Source: Thermofilaceae archaeon
Lineage (GTDB): Archaea; Thermoproteota; Thermoprotei; Thermofilales; Thermofilaceae
DNA length: 64,000 bases
NCBI GenBank assembly: GCA_038861545.1
Contig: JAWCCZ010000003.1
Coordinates: forward strand, 32,001-96,000
Reading direction: 5' to 3'
The notes below the pieces were generated by a model that was not told the DNA's origin, made no database searches, and worked only from the letters and a program-made list of their open reading frames with translations. Below, piece by piece: positions 38,468 to 48,974 of the stretch. Position 1 is the stretch's first letter. Each line of letters opens with the position of its first letter. The translations under genes were made by a program, and so were the position numbers.

Positions 38468-39124
38468 TTAAACAACTGCCAGCAAATAAATATCGTCGGC
38501 TGCAGAATCTACCAAATCGGAGACATCTTCCAACATTTCAGCGATGCTTAGCAGTAGAATCATTAATGATGCCGAGATATTCGCCTCAAGAATTTTGAAT
38601 GTAGCCTCTCTGTATTTGGAATCGATGCTTGCCTCGATAACCGATATTCTTCCCCGTATCTCTGTAGCTTTACCACGTGTCAGGGCGTTAATCATAGCCA
38701 TATACTCATCCATCATTGAAATGAGCATTACTACCATATCTACTAACACTGTCTGAATATCCATTGGAACACTCCAAGACCTCGAGACAAGGTATTCCAC
38801 ACGGTAAGTTACACCCCCGAGCTTATCCAAAACACCTAACATTTTTGATGACACTCCGAGCCACTCCTCCTTACTGTATAACGAAGGCGCTACTGCAGAG
38901 AAATAATCAAGAAAACTTCGCTGAAGTAAAACAGCATTCTCCTTACTTTTCCTCACTTCTTCGAACAGCCATCTAACCGCCTCATACTCTCCCTTCCCCA
39001 AAGCGTTAAATGCATTTGATATACCCTTTAACATTTCTTTAGCTATTAATAGCTCGTTCCTCAATATATTAAGCAGCTTTTCATCAGCGGTTGCGGATTT
39101 CTTATTTGCAAGCTCGATACTCAT
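38468..39124 (-). CDS. DUF47/PhoU-like helical bundle protein
   Basis: All-helical; IEASIDSKYR, LEDVSDLVDSAAD. Confidence 0.7.
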   Translation of the reverse strand: MSIELANKKSATADEKLLNILRNELLIAKEMLKGISNAFNALGKGEYEAVRWLFEEVRKSKENAVLLQRSFLDYFSAVAPSLYSKEEWLGVSSKMLGVLDKLGGVTYRVEYLVSRSWSVPMDIQTVLVDMVVMLISMMDEYMAMINALTRGKATEIRGRISVIEASIDSKYREATFKILEANISASLMILLLSIAEMLEDVSDLVDSAADDIYLLAVV

Positions 39125-39402
39125 GCTTCCACACCAGCGATTGCCATTGGGGCTCGAACAGCTGCTATTGTGTTATCAGCCACCCCAAGATCCTTAAGTT
39201 CATCGCTATTACACCAAACCTCGCTCTCTGGCACGGAATCGAAAGCTAAAACATTAAAGATTAAACGTTTTTTTCCGCCAATAACAACTTCAATTTTATC
39301 TTTTATACCTAAATATTCCATGGCTTTAGGGTTCATCCTGGCCTGTCGCTGCGGTACTGTATCCTTCCTCCTAATACGCAATCGGCGTTCCTTTATCGTC
39401 AA
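39121..39402 (-). CDS. Stand-alone double-psi beta-barrel protein (Cdc48/VAT N-domain-like)
   Basis: Two internal repeats: DTVP..ARMNPKAMEYLGIKD and DSVP..VWCNSDELKDLGVADN. Confidence 0.65.
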   Translation of the reverse strand: MTIKERRLRIRRKDTVPQRQARMNPKAMEYLGIKDKIEVVIGGKKRLIFNVLAFDSVPESEVWCNSDELKDLGVADNTIAAVRAPMAIAGVEA

Positions 39403-40469
39403 GCTAACCCCGAACCCCTTGAGCTATGTAAATATAAACGTTTTACGCGTGTGCATAGCCCATCGTTTCTCGCGTGCGCAACTTTTACTCGGAATATCCT
39501 ATCTCTCTCGATAACGATGGCTTCCCCCTTCCTTAACCGCATTACAAACTGGCAAATGTCAGCTTGCCTCTGTTCCGCCGGAACCAATCGGTGCAGTCCT
39601 AAAACCTCAGCTTCTTTGGGTAGCATAGCGTGAACTATAATAACCTCCGCATTACTAATTACACCCCAAGCTACTTCAGAGGGATTCTGAGTTACAGCAA
39701 TTAAAATTTCTCCGTATTTCCGAAGTTCAAAGAACATCCGTTCTCCAACACTAGGTTCTGCGTCTAATCGCCTGTATGGGGCAACATTCCAGAATTCTTC
39801 AATTAAAGTTGCATGAATTGGTCTACTTGAAACACCTCTCGATATAGCCTTATCATAAATGTGTTTCAGAAGAAAAAGTGTGAAAAGTCTTTTAGCATAG
39901 ACACTCTTAAATAAGCTTAAGTCAATAACAATGTTATCGGTTAGAATATTACCTACATTTACTCTTCCGCTCAGTGCACGTCCTACTCGTCCTTCAGCGA
40001 GCGGAGATAGACGGCGTACTAAGGCCATTTTTGTTTCATAGTCATAAAAACTTCGTGTCGGTGTTTCTTCAACTGCCTTAAGAAGATCGACGAGGTTTTT
40101 AGCCCCTTTTGCACACGCATTCTTTACAGCTACTCTTAGTATGTATATCTGTGGTGCAGTTAAATGAAAAGTTGCATCAAAAAGATCGACGGTGACATCG
40201 ATGTTTTCAGCATCATTTATATTTGCATTCTCAAAAACATTTAACGAAAAATCATCACCTGGTCTAACGTATGTGAAGTTACTTAATTCATACTCACCCG
40301 CCCAGTCGATAACGAGAACAGGTAACCCCCTCTTGGTTAACTCCCTTATAACAACCTTTGCTGTGTTCGACTTCCCAGCTCCTGATCGACCGAGGATCAC
40401 TACATGCCCTTCTTCGATATAAATATTACCGCTGAATCTTCCCAGTTTAACTTTGATCTTTCTAGACAC
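39399..40469 (-). CDS. HerA/FtsK-superfamily (DUF87) ATPase, short form
   Basis: HVVILGRSGAGKS, VIDWAGEY, LIEEFW, ELRKYG, VTQNPSE. Confidence 0.85.
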   Translation of the reverse strand: MSRKIKVKLGRFSGNIYIEEGHVVILGRSGAGKSNTAKVVIRELTKRGLPVLVIDWAGEYELSNFTYVRPGDDFSLNVFENANINDAENIDVTVDLFDATFHLTAPQIYILRVAVKNACAKGAKNLVDLLKAVEETPTRSFYDYETKMALVRRLSPLAEGRVGRALSGRVNVGNILTDNIVIDLSLFKSVYAKRLFTLFLLKHIYDKAISRGVSSRPIHATLIEEFWNVAPYRRLDAEPSVGERMFFELRKYGEILIAVTQNPSEVAWGVISNAEVIIVHAMLPKEAEVLGLHRLVPAEQRQADICQFVMRLRKGEAIVIERDRIFRVKVAHARNDGLCTRVKRLYLHSSRGSGLA

Positions 40470-40497
40470 ATTTCGAAAGGGAAGATTTTAAGGCGGT

Positions 40498-41082
40498 ATG
40501 TACAAGTTACGGAATGTGATTGAGGGCTCGCTAAAGATTGGGGCGGAAGCACGCTTAATAGGAGGGAGAATTGTATTATTTGACAGGGTTAAAAGTCGGA
40601 ACATATATTTTAACGAGGGATTCTATGGTAAGTTCTTCATGATTAATAAACCTAAGGCACTAAATGTTGAAAGAGAACTTGAATTATCACTTCTTGATGC
40701 AGTTTATCTAACAGAGAAAAACAGGTTAACTATTCTAGATACTGAAGGTAGTAAAGTTGAAATTAATTATTTAAGGAAAATTGGAGAAAAAATATACGAG
40801 AACTTTAACGAGGTATACATTGTATATAAGGATCTAAGAGATAAGAACCTAGTTGTAAAGTCGGGGATGAAATTTGGTGCGACATTCGTCGTGTATCGAC
40901 TAGGGCCTGGGCTTGAGCATGCACCTTTCCTTGTACATGTGTTACCTTATAATAGCAAGCTAGACCCTATTGAAGTCGTCAGAGCAGGAAGACTTTCCCA
41001 TTCTGTAAGGAAAAGATTTGTTATAGCTTATGTTGACCCTTCCGGAAAAGTGAATTACTTACAATTCAAGTGGCTTATGTGA
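40498..41082 (+). CDS. endA: tRNA splicing endonuclease, catalytic subunit
   Basis: VYKDLR, SGMKFGA.F.VY, GLEHAPF, RLSHSVRK (Tyr/His/Lys triad). Confidence 0.95.
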   Translation: MYKLRNVIEGSLKIGAEARLIGGRIVLFDRVKSRNIYFNEGFYGKFFMINKPKALNVERELELSLLDAVYLTEKNRLTILDTEGSKVEINYLRKIGEKIYENFNEVYIVYKDLRDKNLVVKSGMKFGATFVVYRLGPGLEHAPFLVHVLPYNSKLDPIEVVRAGRLSHSVRKRFVIAYVDPSGKVNYLQFKWLM

Positions 41083-41169
41083 CCAAAATAAAGGTGTAAT
41101 GGGTAGAGAAAAAACATACTATAGGTTACCATCATTAATTAAAAATAACAAAATAAAAATTGAGTATTT

Positions 41170-42273
41170 TTACTCTTCGCCAGGTTTAAGCCTATTCCTT
41201 AATTTCTCTAGAACCGCAGGCAATGTCGTGTATTCCATTTCATCAGGTCCCAATCTATGAGGCATGAAGGGCCCATGTCTCCTTAAGTAATCGGCTATTT
41301 CCATGGCTATTCTCCTCGTATAATCGAAAGCTGGATCGTCGAAGAGGTCGTTGGGGCCTTCTAGGTACCCGTTGTGAAGCTGGAAACCAAGTGCTACTAC
41401 CCTCGGTGGACCATCAAACCTGGTTGGCTTAGCATTTTTCAATGCTACAGGCATTAGTGGACCATGATGGCTTCCTCTCATCCAGCCAGCTACTATGTGT
41501 GGAAAAGCAAAGGCCTCAAGTACTTCACCAACAGCAGGGAAGCCATGCTGAGTCCTAACTAAAAGCACAGGGTCATCTTTACCTACGTAGCGGCCAGCTA
41601 TCAAGCTTAGCCTAGTTACACTGGCTGCAGCACCAATTTCATTATCAGACTTCCTATACACTTTTCTGATCACATACCTACCAGGTGTACCGATTAATGC
41701 TAGAAGATCATATGCTTCCTCTGGAGTATTCATAATAACGTATTTATGCTCAATTACATCATAAACTTCGAACTTGAATCCATCGTGCATGCTTGGATCT
41801 ATTACTAGGCCAGCTGTGTTGAAGGGGTCAGCAAACATCTTGTAAAGTGGCATATTCCATGCGCCGGGTTCAGTTTTATCAGCCGCGAAGACTATTAGTG
41901 GCTCGCTTTTTCTCTCTTCAAAGCTCATTTCAGCTACTCCTGGACCCATGCCTTTTACGTTACCGCTAAATGTATCCTTAAGTAGATCTTGACCAGCTCC
42001 GTAGAGTTTTAATGGTTTGCTAACTTTTTCTGTAGCTTCAACAAATGTGTCCCATGCCAGCTTATGAATTTCGGGGTTGTTATCCCCTCTAGTATGTGTC
42101 ATAAGGAGCTGCAGGTCATCCCCACAATTGAAAACATGATAATCTATGATCAATCCTGTTTCCTCAGCTTCTTTCAATTTTTTCTCGGCATACTCTATTA
42201 ACTTAGGATGGACCGTGCTGTGTCCAACCCAGCCACCGATATCCGCCTTTATATGGCTGACAGTAACCTTCAT
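41170..42273 (-). CDS. fbp: Bifunctional fructose-1,6-bisphosphate aldolase/phosphatase
   Basis: IKADIGG, GDDLQL, YGAGQDLL, YVGKDDP, GWMRGSH. Confidence 0.97.
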   Translation of the reverse strand: MKVTVSHIKADIGGWVGHSTVHPKLIEYAEKKLKEAEETGLIIDYHVFNCGDDLQLLMTHTRGDNNPEIHKLAWDTFVEATEKVSKPLKLYGAGQDLLKDTFSGNVKGMGPGVAEMSFEERKSEPLIVFAADKTEPGAWNMPLYKMFADPFNTAGLVIDPSMHDGFKFEVYDVIEHKYVIMNTPEEAYDLLALIGTPGRYVIRKVYRKSDNEIGAAASVTRLSLIAGRYVGKDDPVLLVRTQHGFPAVGEVLEAFAFPHIVAGWMRGSHHGPLMPVALKNAKPTRFDGPPRVVALGFQLHNGYLEGPNDLFDDPAFDYTRRIAMEIADYLRRHGPFMPHRLGPDEMEYTTLPAVLEKLRNRLKPGEE

Positions 42274-42428
42274 GTATCTGTCCCTCGCAAGGGTTGCGCG
42301 ACCAACGACTTAAATATTTCCATTGTAGATAAGGAAAACGTTCTAAAGCTGATAACTCCGCACAAATATTCAAAGCTTCATAGAACTTTAAAGACCACAG
42401 CTTTGTAATGGAAACAAAGTCGAAGATG

Positions 42429-42531
42429 TGGCGCCGGGGCCGGGATTCGAACCCGGGACCTCCCGGTTAACAGCCGGGCGCTTTCGAGGCCAATACTGGG
42501 TTTCGGCACTACCGGGCTAAGCTACCCCGGC
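42429..42531 (-). tRNA. tRNA-Asn(GTT), about 26-nt intron in the D-arm (approx. 22/23; 42483-42508), CCA encoded
   Basis: GCCGGGG..CCCCGGCGCCA, anticodon arm CCCGG CTGTTAA CCGGG; imperfect BHB so junction could shift. Confidence 0.92.
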
Positions 42532-43120
42532 GTGAAGGTGACTTTCCATGGGATATATATCCTTTCAGCTTTCGTGTCTTATAAAAAGTATATACTAAGG
42601 CTTATACTATTCAACTTTTTAGTCAGCAGTCGCAGCTTCTCTAATGATTCTAGGCTTCTCGTTAAATGATTCACCACCGCTCCTTTTTCAATTCCGTAAC
42701 TTGTATACAGTACTAATTGACGCTCACTCTAATCGCCTGGTTTGATCCATACCCAGAGCATAGATTAGAGCATGTTCCTTAAATGCTTCAAAAGCGGTGC
42801 ATCCACTAAATATTTTAGTTCGTCGTTACTCCTATAATATGATTCCTCTATAAAAGTTCTCAATGGCTAGAATTATTTTCCGATCTAGAATGACGGCCCT
42901 TGAGATTGTTCCTAGACTCGACATCGATATAAAGCTGGATACTACTAGCTATGTAGTTTTATCCTCTGCTTTTTATTTTGCTATGTGTTAGAGACAAGTA
43001 TAAAGAAAGAGTTCGACCAGTAGTAATTGTATCAGTATATAAAATATTAAAATATTAGATTTATCTTTTAATAAATTACTTTTCAAAGAATTCTATTATT
43101 TATAACAAAGATTAAAATTT

Positions 43121-45493
43121 CTAACCAAAGAAGTCGAGTAAGGTTTGTTGACCTTTTTCTAATAATTGTTCATCTTTAATACCAAAATACTCGAGAATTC
43201 TAAGCGTAGCCGGCAATATTTGTCTTCTTATATAATAATCGGCATCAATTTCATTTACATTTCTAACCAGTACATATGGAATTGCTTTTTCAGATAATTT
43301 TTCTCCGCCTTTACCTTTGCTTATAATGAAGCCTATCTTACCTCCTTTAGGAACCTTATAGCCTGCTTCCATCAACTTTTTAGCTGCGATCACATGAGCT
43401 GTTTCTACTTCATAATCTTCAGGCGATTTTGTAAGAGTTTTCCATACAATTAATTTTTCAAGTGGTATTTTACCTGCATACAAGTTCTCTATAATTCCCC
43501 TGACATAGTTTACAGCTTTGCCAACGTCTTCCTCCCTGAGAATTATTTCTATTACTTTTTCCTGTACCTCTCTAGCCAGTTCAGCCCAGTCCCCCCTCAC
43601 TGCTTCCAGTCCAACGACGTCTATTCTACCGTTTTCTAGTAATCCACAGTACCGTTTTTTAGCCTCTGTAAAGAAAATCTTTTTATAAAGTTTATCAACT
43701 TTTATATCTAAATTAAGATTTTCATTAATAATATTAATCAATTTACTAATCTTATCGGGCTCATATATAACGAAAACGCTATCTGTGTCACCGTATATTA
43801 CTACTAATCCCAGATTCTGAGCCAGTTTTATTGTTTCACTAATAGTTTTTCTGCCCCATGCAGTAGTAGCCTCAGCCACTTGTCTTCTGTACCATCTAGC
43901 TCCCACCCAGCCACAGTACCCATAGGTGGCGTTCGCTATCACTTTGATGGCTTTCTGTCTCTCTTCGAGTATTCGATACTCGGAACTCTCCGGATCTAAA
44001 CCTTTCATCCTTTCCCTTACCTCCTTTCTAGCATTCAGCAGTCTTTCGAGCACTTTTTTGTAGAATCCCGGCGGTGTTTTTCTAAATGCATGCTTAACTT
44101 CCGGTGCAATGTTAATGTTATTCTCATCCCTTTCCTCCTCAGGAAGTAGTAATGTATCAGGAGAGATATTGTATTTAATCATTAGATTCGGGTACATCGA
44201 TGAAAAATCAAGGACTGCCACATTCTTATGAACACCAGGTTTAGGTTTAAGCACGATAGCCCCCTTATAGGGTTCATAAGGTCTCTCGGTTCTATTGGGA
44301 ATTAATTCGTCGAACTCAAAAGCTGCTCGCATAAGGTGCCATTCAACTCTGTAACCAACAGAGGCCGCTCCAACTTGGTCTAATGTTAGGCCAACTAGGC
44401 TAGAAAGCTGTACGGCAAAGGGAAGAAACTTCTCAGCTAGACCAAATGTACTATCTGCATCGTCCTTAGCATATTGAAAGAAAAGAGGCCGTTTATTTAA
44501 GTCATCCCAGTATTCGTGAACCTTAGATGCATCTATAAGTAATCTATCGCTCTTAGCTTTGACCCCCAAGTAATCGGCTACATTATCTAAAGTCTTAATT
44601 TTTATTTCAGAAATTTCATCAGCATAATCGTATAAGTCAACATTAGCTCTTCCCACTATTGAATAATGACCATACGCGCTAAGTGTTGGCTCGCCACCGC
44701 CTCTGGATATGTTAAGTTTTATTCTATGAGCCTTGCATCTAGTCAGAATGTACGGCCAATCGAATCGATTACTGTTATAGCCTACTATGACATCAGGATC
44801 ATACTCCAATAGATCTTTCACGAATTGTTGAAGTAAAGTTTTATCATCTTTACTGTCAGTAGTAAAGAGTCTTACATCCTCTTGGCCAGTAGCTACTGAA
44901 ATAACAATTATCGGATCCCTTTCCGGATTCGGTTCGCCAAATGGGTTATAGCATTCAATGTCAAAGGCATAGATTCGTAGTTGAGGTGGGTTTCCAAAAC
45001 CTATGTACTGGGGGCTATTTTCAGCTAAATAAACGGAATCTACACGCCATCCATCTTCATTTGATATCTCTTTCACCGTAATCTCGTGCCAGCTGCAAGG
45101 ATATACGCCCTTATCTATCATGTAACGCATGTAAAATCGGATATCGGATTCAAGCACATCATGTATACTTTCAATTTTCAGAAGCGTTTCACGAAGCTGT
45201 GGAACATCTCTTGGTGAGGTCAATGTAACTTTCAGAACTTTAACTTCTTTACCAAAATACTTCTTTTCGAGAAGTTCAATGTTAGAAATATTATACTTAC
45301 TGGATAGCGCATATATTCTCTCAGCTACTTGGTTTTCTTTCCCTTCAACTGGAAGTACGTACACATACGGCCTAAAGCTTCTATCTAAGACTACGACTCG
45401 CTTGCCTTCGCGGTCTATCCCCCATAATCTTACCTCAGGAACCCCTCCCACCATCTCATAACTAGCATCTAGTAACCAAAACTCTAATCTCAT
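43121..45493 (-). CDS. polB3: Family B DNA polymerase (PolB3-type)
   Basis: FDIEC exonuclease, DFSSMYP, KVIANATYGY, YGDTDS, C-terminal PIP box QQTLLDFF; no intein. Confidence 0.93.
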   Translation of the reverse strand: MRLEFWLLDASYEMVGGVPEVRLWGIDREGKRVVVLDRSFRPYVYVLPVEGKENQVAERIYALSSKYNISNIELLEKKYFGKEVKVLKVTLTSPRDVPQLRETLLKIESIHDVLESDIRFYMRYMIDKGVYPCSWHEITVKEISNEDGWRVDSVYLAENSPQYIGFGNPPQLRIYAFDIECYNPFGEPNPERDPIIVISVATGQEDVRLFTTDSKDDKTLLQQFVKDLLEYDPDVIVGYNSNRFDWPYILTRCKAHRIKLNISRGGGEPTLSAYGHYSIVGRANVDLYDYADEISEIKIKTLDNVADYLGVKAKSDRLLIDASKVHEYWDDLNKRPLFFQYAKDDADSTFGLAEKFLPFAVQLSSLVGLTLDQVGAASVGYRVEWHLMRAAFEFDELIPNRTERPYEPYKGAIVLKPKPGVHKNVAVLDFSSMYPNLMIKYNISPDTLLLPEEERDENNINIAPEVKHAFRKTPPGFYKKVLERLLNARKEVRERMKGLDPESSEYRILEERQKAIKVIANATYGYCGWVGARWYRRQVAEATTAWGRKTISETIKLAQNLGLVVIYGDTDSVFVIYEPDKISKLINIINENLNLDIKVDKLYKKIFFTEAKKRYCGLLENGRIDVVGLEAVRGDWAELAREVQEKVIEIILREEDVGKAVNYVRGIIENLYAGKIPLEKLIVWKTLTKSPEDYEVETAHVIAAKKLMEAGYKVPKGGKIGFIISKGKGGEKLSEKAIPYVLVRNVNEIDADYYIRRQILPATLRILEYFGIKDEQLLEKGQQTLLDFFG

Positions 45494-45592
45494 CTCATTT
45501 CAATGATCTTTTTAACCCTTTAAATTCAGCGCGGATACTGTAAAGCGCTTAACTTTACTCGAAGAACTTTAACAGCATACAAAGTAATGAAA

Positions 45593-46192
45593 TTAGACTG
45601 GGATGAATTCCTCTGATATACCGTTGTTGGTTATAACTAAAAGATCTATACCGTCGCCACTCATAGCGTCTCTACTGAAGGCAACTTTAATGGATTTTAA
45701 AGCTAAAGAGCGAGCCTCTTTAACATTGATTTCTTTTTTGTACTCGCTTTCAATAACACTTATCGCTAACTGCGCCCCGGTTCCCACAGCTGCATACTCG
45801 TCTTCTATAGCTGCACCTAGAGGGTCTAGGACGTAAACATGTGTCCCATCTTCGTCAATTCCCCCTATGATCATTTCAACTATGTAGGGAGCTACCCTGC
45901 TACTATTGTATAAAATTAGAGAGAGCAATTTAGCCAGGTTGTATACCTTTGGCTTTAAACTGCTTTCAAGTTCGTAAAGTCTCATCTCAGCTTCGAGCAT
46001 TCTGGCTAATGTCTGCATGTCTGCTACAAATCCAGCACTAGCGATACCTGCTCGATCCAGAACCTTGAAAACCTTTTTTCCAGCTTTGCTCATTAAGGTG
46101 TACCCATAAGTTACTCGCTTATCGGCAGCTAGGACCACTCCATCTTTAGCTTTTATCCCAAGTGCCGTTGCACCGGGATAATATTCTGACAA
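45593..46192 (-). CDS. psmB: Proteasome beta subunit (probably non-catalytic)
   Basis: GVVLAADKR, GTGAQLA, RDAMSGDG; GATA in place of GTTT. Confidence 0.92.
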   Translation of the reverse strand: MSEYYPGATALGIKAKDGVVLAADKRVTYGYTLMSKAGKKVFKVLDRAGIASAGFVADMQTLARMLEAEMRLYELESSLKPKVYNLAKLLSLILYNSSRVAPYIVEMIIGGIDEDGTHVYVLDPLGAAIEDEYAAVGTGAQLAISVIESEYKKEINVKEARSLALKSIKVAFSRDAMSGDGIDLLVITNNGISEEFIPV

Positions 46193-46263
46193 CTTAATCC
46201 CCTAATACCATTCGTACGCGCTCTTTAAAAAGTATATGCATAAAAGTATGCAAGCGATGGACT

Positions 46264-47286
46264 GTGTGTACATCGATCTTCACTGGAATACAAATAGCTC
46301 CTGCAAGTTGGAGAGAACTCTATGAAACAGCCAAACGTAGAGCTGCCAAAGTCGGAGTGAAGAAGTCAAGAAATCAGTTTAGAACGTTGAAAAGACTTGA
46401 AGAAGCTAGAATAAGAACAGCGTCCACATATGTAGCCAAAATTCTAAGAGATATTGCACTTACAAGCCCATTTCTAGAGTCCCTTCACCCTTTCTACAGG
46501 GAACTACTCAAGACAATTATAGACGAAAATGTATACCGACTTTGCCTGTCAAGGATATATTCTATATCAAAAGTTATAGATAAGCTAATGTATGAACATG
46601 TAAAAAGAGTTTTTCTCAGCGAAGATATCAGAGAAATTCGTCATTATCGGAAGGCTTTCTTCGGAAGACTAAGCTCGCTTCTTAAAGATTTAGATGATTG
46701 TTTCAAGGCACTCCGAAGTTGGCAAGCAGAGATACTAAAACTACCCACAATCGATGTAACCATCCCATCAATCATTATAGCAGGTGCACCAAATGTAGGT
46801 AAGTCATCCTTGCTTAGGTCGATTTCCAAAGCCTCTCCCGAAGTTAAACCTTATCCGTTTACTACAAAAAACGTGTACGTTGGACATCTAGAATTAGGTG
46901 AAGCAAAAGTGCAGGCAATCGATACTCCGGGCTTGCTTGATCGTCCTTTAGAAGAGAAAGGGCTCATAGAAAGAAGAACTATAGCGGCTCTTAGATTCCT
47001 GAACGGAATCGTAGTTTTTGTTTTCGATCCAACTATAACTTGCGGGTTCTCTCTAGATTATCAACTGACTGTATATAATGAAGTAAAGAGCTTGCTCGGG
47101 GAAACTCCGATAGTAATTGTTTCAAATAAGGTTGATTTAACATCGCCTACTCAAGCTTCTGAACTAGTAAAAATGTTGGATGAGGAGGCTAAAAATTTAA
47201 TTTTTATATCAGCTTTCTATAAAATTGGTATTGATTATATGCTAAGCGAGATTGAAAAATATTTCCCAACCACACGTAAAAGTTAA
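46264..47286 (+). CDS. NOG1-family GTPase
   Basis: LHPFY, GAPNVGKSS, YPFTT, DTPGLLDR, NKVD. Confidence 0.92.
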   Translation: MCTSIFTGIQIAPASWRELYETAKRRAAKVGVKKSRNQFRTLKRLEEARIRTASTYVAKILRDIALTSPFLESLHPFYRELLKTIIDENVYRLCLSRIYSISKVIDKLMYEHVKRVFLSEDIREIRHYRKAFFGRLSSLLKDLDDCFKALRSWQAEILKLPTIDVTIPSIIIAGAPNVGKSSLLRSISKASPEVKPYPFTTKNVYVGHLELGEAKVQAIDTPGLLDRPLEEKGLIERRTIAALRFLNGIVVFVFDPTITCGFSLDYQLTVYNEVKSLLGETPIVIVSNKVDLTSPTQASELVKMLDEEAKNLIFISAFYKIGIDYMLSEIEKYFPTTRKS

Positions 47287-47309
47287 AGGAGGCTCTTAAA
47301 GGATACTCT

Positions 47310-47822
47310 ATGCCAAAAATAGGGATAATCTCTGATACTCACGATAATCTTCAGGCTCTTGATAATCTCTTAAATAAGTTTGAGGAACGCGGAGTCAAGA
47401 GCTTAATTCATGCGGGAGATATAATAGCGCCTTTCACCTTAAAAAGAATACTTGAAAGAAACTTCGAGTTTAATGGAGTATTCGGCAATAATGACGGTGA
47501 GCTATTAACCTTATCTAAGATCGCAGAAAAGAATGGTGTTTTTATTTCTCAACAACCTTTAATTTTGGAATTTAGCAATGCTGAAATGGTGATACTACAC
47601 GGTGCAGGAGGTATACTCGAGACAAGGAAGTTCGTGGAGTCCTTAGCTAAAAGTGGTGACTACAACGTGATAGTATATGGCCATACCCACGAGTTAGACG
47701 TAAGGAGAATGGGTAAAGTACTTATAATAAATCCTGGAGAAGTATGTGGGTATTTATCGGGAATATCAACAGCTGTAATATTTGACCCAGAAAAATTCGA
47801 AACAGAAGTAGTTAAGCTCTAG
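47310..47822 (+). CDS. YfcE/MJ0936-family metallophosphoesterase
   Basis: SDTHDN, HAGD, GNND, YGHTH, INPGE. Confidence 0.93.
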   Translation: MPKIGIISDTHDNLQALDNLLNKFEERGVKSLIHAGDIIAPFTLKRILERNFEFNGVFGNNDGELLTLSKIAEKNGVFISQQPLILEFSNAEMVILHGAGGILETRKFVESLAKSGDYNVIVYGHTHELDVRRMGKVLIINPGEVCGYLSGISTAVIFDPEKFETEVVKL

Positions 47823-47891
47823 TCATAGACTAATGAGTGTATGGCTATACTAAATGTACTTATGAACTAGTCAAGCAAATAATTTTAAGGT

Positions 47892-48974
47892 TTGAAATTC
47901 GATGCTATGAGCAATGTGACGAGGGGACCCCATGAGATTGAATTACCTGCTAAGGTTATAACTGGAAGCGGCGCGTTATCGATGCTACCAGGGCTTCTGG
48001 AAAACTTTGGTTATAAGAGGATAGCGCTCTTCACTGGACCTAATGTAAAAACGATTTTCAGTTATAGAGTCGAAAACATGCTGAATAAAGCTGGGTTTGA
48101 ATGTCAGTCACACATTGTTAAAGAGGCTAGTAAACCAGAGGCAGAAATGGCAGCGTTATTTGCTAAAGAGGTAGAGGCAGATGCTATAGTCGCCGTAGGG
48201 GGTGGTAAAGTAATAGATGTTGCCAAATATGTATCCTATATTTATAGTATAAGATTTGTAAGCGTCCCTACAGCTGTATCTCATGACGGCATAGCTAGTC
48301 CAGCTATCTCGCTAAAGGATGTGGAAGGTTTCCCTGTAAGTAGATTTGCTAGACCACCAGTAGCGGTGGTTGCCGATATCGACGTGATTTCGCAAGCTCC
48401 TAAGAAGCTATTGGCAAGCGGTTTTGGAGATATAATAGGTAAGCTGACTAGCGTGCGAGATGCTGTTCTGGCTAGAAAAATTAAAGGAGAATATATAGGG
48501 GATTATAGTCTTGCGTTAGCTAAATTGAGTGCACAGATGGTAGCAGAGAACGCGGAACGGGTAGCCATGCAGGATCCCGAAGGTGTAAGTATTCTAGTTG
48601 AAGCCGCGATAAGTTGTGGAGTTGCAATGGCTATAGCGGGTAGCTCCAGACCATGTTCAGGTAGTGAGCATTTATTTAGTCATGCACTTGACATCGTGTA
48701 TCCTGAAAAGACTAGTTTGCATGGCGAGCAGGTGGGGATCGGAACTGTAATGATGGCGTATCTTCATGGAATTAACTGGAAACGCGTAAGGCAGTTATTA
48801 CGTATAGTTGGTGCACCAACTACTAATGAGGAACTCGATGTTCCTTGGAAGGCCATAGTAAACGCACTCATGATAGCCCATAGGGTAAGAGAACGATATA
48901 CTATCTTGGGTGAAGGAGGTTTAAGTGAATCTGCCGCATTTAAACTTGCAAAGGTGACCGGTGTTATCGAGTGA
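47892..48974 (+). CDS. egsA: sn-glycerol-1-phosphate dehydrogenase
   Basis: GGGKVIDVAK, SHDGIASP, SRPCSGSEHLFSH, LHGEQVG. Confidence 0.96.
   Translation: MKFDAMSNVTRGPHEIELPAKVITGSGALSMLPGLLENFGYKRIALFTGPNVKTIFSYRVENMLNKAGFECQSHIVKEASKPEAEMAALFAKEVEADAIVAVGGGKVIDVAKYVSYIYSIRFVSVPTAVSHDGIASPAISLKDVEGFPVSRFARPPVAVVADIDVISQAPKKLLASGFGDIIGKLTSVRDAVLARKIKGEYIGDYSLALAKLSAQMVAENAERVAMQDPEGVSILVEAAISCGVAMAIAGSSRPCSGSEHLFSHALDIVYPEKTSLHGEQVGIGTVMMAYLHGINWKRVRQLLRIVGAPTTNEELDVPWKAIVNALMIAHRVRERYTILGEGGLSESAAFKLAKVTGVIE

Noticed and set aside
42540-43120. About 580-bp AT-rich gap beside tRNA-Asn as an integrated element
   Set aside because: Lies on the tRNA 5' side; no att duplication, integrase or terminal repeats; only short unrecognised ORF fragments
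43121-45493. Intein or inactivated polymerase
   Set aside because: Normal length with intact exonuclease and polymerase motifs
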